This document shows, piece after piece, positions 57,101 through 64,000 of a stretch of 64,000 bases of DNA. Under the pieces are notes generated by a model that ran no database searches, was not told the origin of the DNA, and saw only the letters and a program-made list of their open reading frames with translations. The DNA comes from Bugula neritina (taxonomy: Eukaryota; Animalia; Bryozoa), in NCBI GenBank assembly GCA_964035545.1, contig OZ037770.1:12886642-12950641 (forward strand), written 5' to 3'. Position 1 is the stretch's first letter; the number at the start of each line of letters is the position of its first letter. Both the position numbers and the translations under genes were made by a program.

Positions 57101-59578
57101 TAGCTTCTTACCTTTTTTTGAAGAATATTAACTGAAATATCGAAGAGACGACCAAACTCCCATGTTTTTTGAATAAACAAAGAAAATTTGATTTAAAAGT
57201 GTTTACCTAAGAAGTAACTTGAGTGAAAGTTTGTTATTGAAGTTGATCAAGCAGTTGGTTGGCCAATTTAACAGAAGTAGGTCATATAATCAAATCTCAT
57301 TGTTATATTTATACACAATGAATAGGCAAAAGCAATTTTAGTACAGTTTGAAAACCAGATTATTATTACAAAATTACACAAAGGTCTCATTGATCTTCTC
57401 CATCTGACACGTAGACGGTGTGCTCTCAGTCAGCGTATTCTTCATCATCCTCCGTTGGTGGATACGCCGCTCGCACCATACCGTAAACACAAGATGGGAG
57501 AGTCCTTCTCTCCCCTCTACGGATGTCAGGGTATGTCCAGAAAACTAGGGCTCGATAGGCTAAAAGTCTTCTCTGTGCATTCAGCATTTGCTTTATTTTT
57601 TTTTTAGAAAGATGGCGTGGCGGTTCTAAAAGTTCCTCCAGCCTCCTTAATGGATTGTTGTGCCCAAGAACTTGAATTTGGAACACTTAGGCAGGCTTTC
57701 TAAACCTGACTACCATACTTTTTCATCCCGATGTTTTCTTGGTCTCCAACTGCTGGCAAATGTTCTGTTTTTTTCGGCTTATCTTCAATCCCGCTGTCTC
57801 TATTTTTCTCTCTCCGAATCTCTAACCTCTCTAATAAAACACAAAAGAGATTGTTTAGCAAAATAGAAAAATGTGAAGGGTTGCCGAGCTGTCTACTGCA
57901 AAAAAATAGGTTTACAATATTATTCTGCCTTAAAGCTGAATGTTATCCATATATTTTAGATTGCGTTATCTGTAGTGAATAAAACAAATGATCACAATGT
58001 TCAAAAACTTTCATGGTGTTGAGGTAACTGTATATGGGCTGGATATTGTATCAATTATTCCCTTAAAAGCCCAATGTAGCACCCGCACTACACATGCTTT
58101 TCAAAGCCTAAAAAGCAGCTCCAAAATAAAGTTAAACTCTGAATACTAAGTTAACATGTTGATTACCATCACTATTTTTTAAATATATAATAACTTACTA
58201 GCTTCTTACCTTTTTTTGAAGAATATTAACTGAAATATCGAAGAGACGACCAAACTCCCATGTTTTTTGAATAAACCAAAAAAATTTGATAGGCAAAAGC
58301 AATTTTAGTACAGTTTAGAAACCAGACATTTATTATTACAAAATTACACAAAGGTCTCATTGATCTTCTCCATCTGACACGTAGACGGTGTGCTCCCAGT
58401 CAGCGTATTCTTCATCATCCTCCGTTGGTGGATACGCCGCTCGCACCATACTATAAACACAAGATGGCAGAGCCTTTCTCTCCCCTCTACAGATTTCAGG
58501 GTATGTCCAGAAAACTAGGGCTCGATAGGCTGAAAGTCTTCTCTGTGCATTCAGCATTTGCTTTATTTTTTCTTTGGAAAGATGGCGTGACGGTTCTAAG
58601 AGTTCCTCCAGCCTCCTTCTTGGTGGATTGTTGTGCCCAAGAACTTGAATTTGGAACACTTAGGCAGGCTTTCTATAACCTGCCTACCATACTTTTTCAT
58701 CCCGATGTTTTCTTGGTCTCCAACTGCTGGCAAATGTTCTGTTTTCTTTCGGCTTATCTTCAATCCCGCTGTCTCTATTTTTCTCTCTCCGAATCTCTAA
58801 CCTCTCTAATAAAACACAAAAGAGATTGTTTAGCAAAATAGGAAAATGTGAAGGGTTGCCGAGCTGTCTACTGCAAAAAAATAGGTTTACAATATTATTC
58901 TGCCTTAAAGCTGAATGTTATCCATATATTTTAGATTGCGTTATCTGTAGTGAATAAAACAAATAATCACAATGTTCAAAAACTTTCATGGTGTTGAGGT
59001 AACTGTATATGGGCTGGATATTGTATCAATTATTGCCTTAAAAGCCCAATGTAGCACCCGCACTACACATGCTTTTCAAAGCCTAAAAAGCAGCTATAAA
59101 ATAAAGTTAAACTCTGAATACTAAGTTAACATGTTGATTAACATCACTATTTTTTAAATATATAATAACTTACTAGCTTCTTACCTTTTTTTGAAGAATA
59201 TCAACTGAAATATCGAAGAGACGACCAAACTCCCATGTTTTGAATAAACAAAGAAAATTTGATAGGCAAAAGCAATTTTAGTACAGTTTAGAAACCAGAC
59301 ATTTATTATTACAAAATTACACAAAGGTCTCATTGATCTTCTCCATCTGACACGTAGACGGTGTGCTCCCAGTCAGCGTATTCTTCATCATCCTCCGTTG
59401 GTGGATAGGCCGCTCGCACCATACTATAAACACAAGATGGGAGAGCCTTTCTCTCCCCTCTACAGATTTCAGGGTATGTCCAGAAAACTAGGGCTCGATA
59501 GGCTAAAAGTCTTCTCTGTGCATTCAGCATTTGCTTTATTTTTTCTTTAGAAAGATGGCGTGACGGTTCCAAAAGTTC
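53686..59578. repeat. Tandem array of ~6 near-identical ~970/1103 bp chimeric units with 2073 bp higher-order period
   Basis: Equivalent positions at 54250, 55353, 56323, 57426, ~58396 and ~59369 (spacings 1103, 970, 1103, 970, 973). Identical ORF translations recur at +2073. Confidence 0.97.
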
Positions 59579-60188
59579 TGCATTTGGGCGTTTAGCTTCT
59601 GCAATCATAATAAATGCAAAAATATATGCCAGTCATACAGTAGCCTACATAATCTGTTGCGTGTGGACGTAGCATTAAATAAAACATAATGCTTCATTCC
59701 TAAACATTGTGAGGTTTTAGATTGACACTTTCCTATGTATGTATTGCCAACAGAAGACAACTGGTACCTGGTACAAAAAAAACTACATAAATTTCATGTT
59801 ACTGCATCTTCTGTCTGGTTTGTGTATTACCATTCATAAAAACATCGAGCTTCACATTTCATGGATTCTGAGATAAGCATGATATATTACAAGTACTCAA
59901 TAATATCACATTTGTGAAGTACATGGTTAGATGTGTTTGAAGCTAGCTGTGTGATGTAAAGGCAAAAATGAATTACCTTGGAATATACAATATGATTGGT
60001 AAGCCAGGCTGTATCATGTCATGTAGATCTTGGGTTAGTGTGACACAGGACACATCTTCCCCTTCCTTGGCTCTCTTGATCCGAGATATTTGATAGTCAG
60101 TGCAGCAAACATTCATCTTCTCGGTCGGCCACGCATGGCATTTGCAACACTTACACCAACTTTCAACAAGATGTGGGACATATATGTT
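59330..60188 (-). pseudogene. Stand-alone P2X7 C-terminal 'ballast'/nanor-like Zn-binding domain gene (probably transposon-associated; exon phases do not join cleanly)
   Basis: Exon 60188-59977: WCKCCKCHAWPTEKMNVCC...SCVTL. Exon ~59577-59330: NAQRRLLAYRALVFWTY...ERKALPSCVYSMVRAAYP...Y. This matches the ballast pattern WCxCxxC..CC..C / RxxAYRxxxxW / PSCxxxxIRxxFP. Confidence 0.75.
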
Positions 60189-60836
60189 CTATAACAGTTA
60201 TTCAATTGTATTCAATCTTGGATCCCCATTTTTGTCAATATAATTAATTGAACCACATACAGATGATGATGTATAGCTGTCATGCACTTGTATTTGAATT
60301 AAATGGAGTCTAGAAACTCAAACCAAAGATTTAGAATAAGAATGAAGTGAGGGGGGTGATGAAAACCTTTAAGTTGATGTTTATTTTATAGCCAGAACTA
60401 CCAATTAATTATTAGATAACTGGCTAGTAACTAGTAAATAACAAAGTTATTGGGTGAGAACTAACCTCCATTCTCTTCTCTTCACTCATGCCCTGGCTAG
60501 AGTAAGACTGTGACCGAAACTCACTCACCGAAACTCACCTAATTGTGCCCTTGTTGCCACATACCTCCTGTGGCTTCTTGAGCTTAGCCTTCCCTTCTGT
60601 ATTCTTGGGCTTACCCTGGGGGTTAGCTACTTTTACCGTTTCTTTATGTCTTCCTGAGGGTCCGGCTTTAGACCAAGAGTCCATGTCGGGTTCCCCTATA
60701 CCTTCCTTCTCTTTCTCACTATTGCTCATTGTTTGTCTCTCTCTCTCTATATATATATATTGCTTTTCTCAAGTTTTCTAAAACGATATATATATAAAAA
60801 CACATTATTATTTATACCTCTGCATGTTTAGTTCTA

Positions 60837-62145
60837 TTAGGAGGTTTGCTTAGTCCCCCCCCCCCCCCCCCGTCTAGTATGCGTAATTTCTCCTTGTTCA
60901 GAAGGAAATAACTCGCTGTCAACCGTGTCATTTGCTATGGGTAAATCCAGATGTTGACTGTCTGGTGTATCTACTGGGTTATCAATGACATCTTCATTAC
61001 CCTCATCACTGCTGTTACAAGCACTAATACTACTGCTACTATTGGTTGCATTACTATTATTACTTGTTATATCTATGAGACGGCCTCTGCTGTGGTCTAT
61101 ACTACCAGAACTATTTTTAGATCTCAGGTTGGTGAGTAGGAACAGGTGTTTCCTATTTCTCCTAATAACTTTGCTATCCACCTGGACCCAGTAACTTTCA
61201 GGAGTGGTGTCCTTTCTTACAACCACGCCCTGTTTGCCTAGGTCTGTGGGGGAATTAACCCAGGCTAAATCATTAGGCTCCAAATCAGGTAGTTTCTTAG
61301 TTATATATTTTTTGTTCCACTTGTCAGCCTTGTTTCTAACCCTATCAATCTCCTTGCGTTCATAATCGCCATAGTCTATCTGGTCTACAAATGGTAATCC
61401 TAGGTTAGACCTTACAGATCTACCAAACATGAGTTCGTTCGGTAAATAGCCTGAAGGCAGTGGGGTCGACCTATAGGCTAGTAAAGCGGAATTTTTATCA
61501 GTACCTTTCTGCCACAGTTTTTTTACAGTGCGCACAGCGCTTTCAGATAAGCCAATAGACTCTGGGTATCTGGGGCTGCTGGTAATCAATGAAAATCCTG
61601 TGTACCTAGCATAGTCTCTGAATTCTTTACTACCAAAACAAGTGCCATTATCCGACCTTATTATCTGAGGTATACCAAAGCAAGCAAACATGATTTTCAA
61701 CGCAGTCATAACCAACTGGGTAGTTTGGAACTCAATGGTGGTCACCTCAATCCATTTGCTGTAGTAATCTATGACTACCTGGTACAATTGCTTCTCGAAC
61801 GTAAATATGTCAGAACCAATCACCATCCACGGTGCGGAGGGTAACTCGCTTTCGATCATAGGTTGATGTTTGATGTCTCTCTGTTTTATGCATGTAGAGC
61901 AATGCTCCACGTAGCAGGCGATCTCTTTGCTAACACCTGGCCACCAGAAGTGAGGCTGCGCCCGTCTTCGCCTTGGTGTCCTTCATGACATTTTTCTAAA
62001 TATATGCTACGCAATGGTTTGGGCACATATATCCTAGAGTTGTATAATAGCAACCCTTTACAGAGTGACAAGTTGTCCCTGACAGCGTATAGTTTAGCGG
62101 CTTCCTTTGACATATCGGCTTTTCTAATAGGCCATCCGCATTATA
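60837..62145 (-). mobile_element. Ty3/Gypsy integrase fragment (K02A2.6/Mag-like), 5' truncated, one frameshift
   Basis: GWP...RIYVPKPLR...HEGHQG...WWPG...CSTC (HHCC). DDE residues in GSDIF, RSDNG and SESAV; also VIDYYSKW, LLAYRSTP, SYWV...RRNRKHL. Confidence 0.92.
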
Positions 62146-63100
62146 CAACTGCTATGTAAAAGTTATTCGTATTAGTAGGACTGGTGTAAGTTGAAAGAAA
62201 CAAATACTATTGATAGCTGATTAGGTCTACAATATTTTTACTTTCTTTTACTTTTTAAAAAAAACAAGTAAGCAATCTAATCGTCACGTGCTGGTAATCT
62301 GCAAGTTGGCCTGCTGCAACAAGCCACTATGATCAATAAAATTAGGGTCAAAGCCCCCAATAGCAGCCCAAATACTAGGCCAGTTCTTCCTAAAAAATAG
62401 ACGTGTGTGTTGGTATGAGCTAAGTAGAGTACATCTCAAGTATTTTTTTTTCTGTCTGTTAATTGACAGCTGACTGCTGCATAATAACTTAAACTACCCA
62501 AAGAACAACACTATGACCATCATTAAGCTAATGGTAAAAAGTGCAACAACCCAGTGGTGTTTGTAACAGAGGCCATATTAAATCTCTGTTTGATGATTTT
62601 CACCACCTTTCCTTTTTCTGACGATGCATTGTTCCGGTACTCTCTGTGCTCTAGCAAGGGCTTGTTGCCTTGTCTTAGGAGGCATTGTCAAGTCGATACT
62701 AAATGGAATGTATATATGTATTAGATGAACTTGGATCATTGCTTAGTAGAATGAAAGCTTCCTTTCGGAAAGCTTAGTCATAGGTCTGCTTGTAGGGTGG
62801 CTTGAGCAGCATTTAGCTTCAAAAACAAGTTATTCAAAATGTGTTTGTTTTTCTTCTTTTTTTTGTAAATTTGTATAAATAAGTTGCCATTCTCCTTGCC
62901 TATGTAAGCATGATTTAATAAAGTATTTCGGTGTAAAGAGATTCAAAAATCAAGGATAGGTTAGTCTGCAGGACCAATAGCTTTTACTTAAAGAATTTAC
63001 ACATTCAGTAATAATTTAAGTAGCAGATATAAATGAATTTGGTTTTTAGTCATCGGAATTGTTTCGCTATACAATTCATCTTATTTATTTTGAGTTGCAG

Positions 63101-63702
63101 AAGGTCACAGGCTCCTCCCCGCTGGACTCATTCCTAGAAGAATGGTTCTGTAGTTGTGACATGACAAGCACACATCTTCCTATACGAGTCTTCAATGGTA
63201 AATATATTCTGTTATACTATTCCATCTATCTAATAATTACTGTCTAAATAAATTAACCATTTTGCTATGCTGATCTTTGCTTATATGGTAAACCCTATAC
63301 TGTTTTACTATTGCATCTATATAATAATTATTGTCTAGCTAAATTAATAACCATTTTGCTATGTGTCAATAGTAAGCCCTATTGCTAGTTCATCTATCTA
63401 ATGGATATTGTCCCAATAAATTCATTACCATTGATGTTAGATTTTTCGATTATGATTTTCACGTTAAATAAGCAATTCACAGAGCTCTTGCTTTCTCATT
63501 GATTCTCACAAGATGAGACACCAACAAATCTTCATTGCATTTGGCATATTTGCTGATACATGATGCCTCATAAAATCTATTACACTGGAAATATGTTAAA
63601 TATTTGCAGGAAACCCTCGGATCAAAGTCCAAATGAACTAGAGACTAGGACTAGAGGGGACCAGGGAGGCATTACATTTCTAGCTTTTCCCATAGCCTAC
63701 TT
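63101..63702 (+). other. Two exon-like segments (63101-63197, 63610-63702) of an unidentified plus-strand transcript
   Basis: Both are GC-richer blocks bounded by TTGCAG acceptors and GTAAAT/GTAAGC donors. No consistent joined reading frame or homology recognised. Confidence 0.3.
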
Positions 63703-64000
63703 GTAAGCGCTACCCTAAATGTTACACAAGTAGACAACTTTGACGTTCATCACCTATTGGTTTATAATTTGTTGTATCGTGGGAATTATATGCTGATCAT
63801 TTAACATATATATGCTTTATTATTTTAAATTTATTATGTAATTTGTTTTCATCGAGCCAGCTTGCGAAGAAATATAACATTTATTTGGTATAACCCAGCA
63901 ATCAAAACTGTTGAAATACAATAAGGGTAATCAAACAATATATTACCTATAATTTATAATAAATATACAAAAAATACTCTAAACTAACATAATTCAATAA

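Noticed and set aside
54250-58659. Tandem family of functional 86-100 aa genes
   Set aside because: Their N-termini derive from an out-of-frame RTE fragment with non-ATG starts, they lack the Cys-rich half of the domain, and four carry a premature stop.
60345-60485. LTR of the Gypsy fragment
   Set aside because: Purine tracts and TG/CA ends exist in both orientations, but no second copy is present to confirm boundaries.

Overview
AT-rich, intron-rich animal (invertebrate-like) genomic DNA; the species cannot be fixed from the window. I assembled spliced genes by hand from GT-AG boundaries. (1) A 13-exon minus-strand gene (3126-11637, about 1290 aa) fuses LRRs, a Roc GTPase, a COR domain and a C-terminal caspase domain with an atypical ETCSG active site; this is the most striking item. 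(2) MRPL23 (+) carries an antisense membrane-protein ORF nested in its 6.9 kb intron and has a disrupted last exon. (3) ZCWPW1 (-) has an S/TQ-rich tail and lies head-to-head with (4) MEPCE/Bin3 (+), the same divergent pair as in human. The first 1.8 kb looks like the 3' end of an LTR element. The last 15 kb is mostly transposon remains: a zinc-knuckle LINE relic, Harbinger, piggyBac, a Gypsy integrase and a P2X7-ballast-like gene. It includes a young ~1 kb chimeric tandem array (piggyBac + ballast exon + RTE fragment) with a 2073 bp higher-order period. tRNA-derived SINEs, a MITE and several micro/minisatellites are scattered through the introns.
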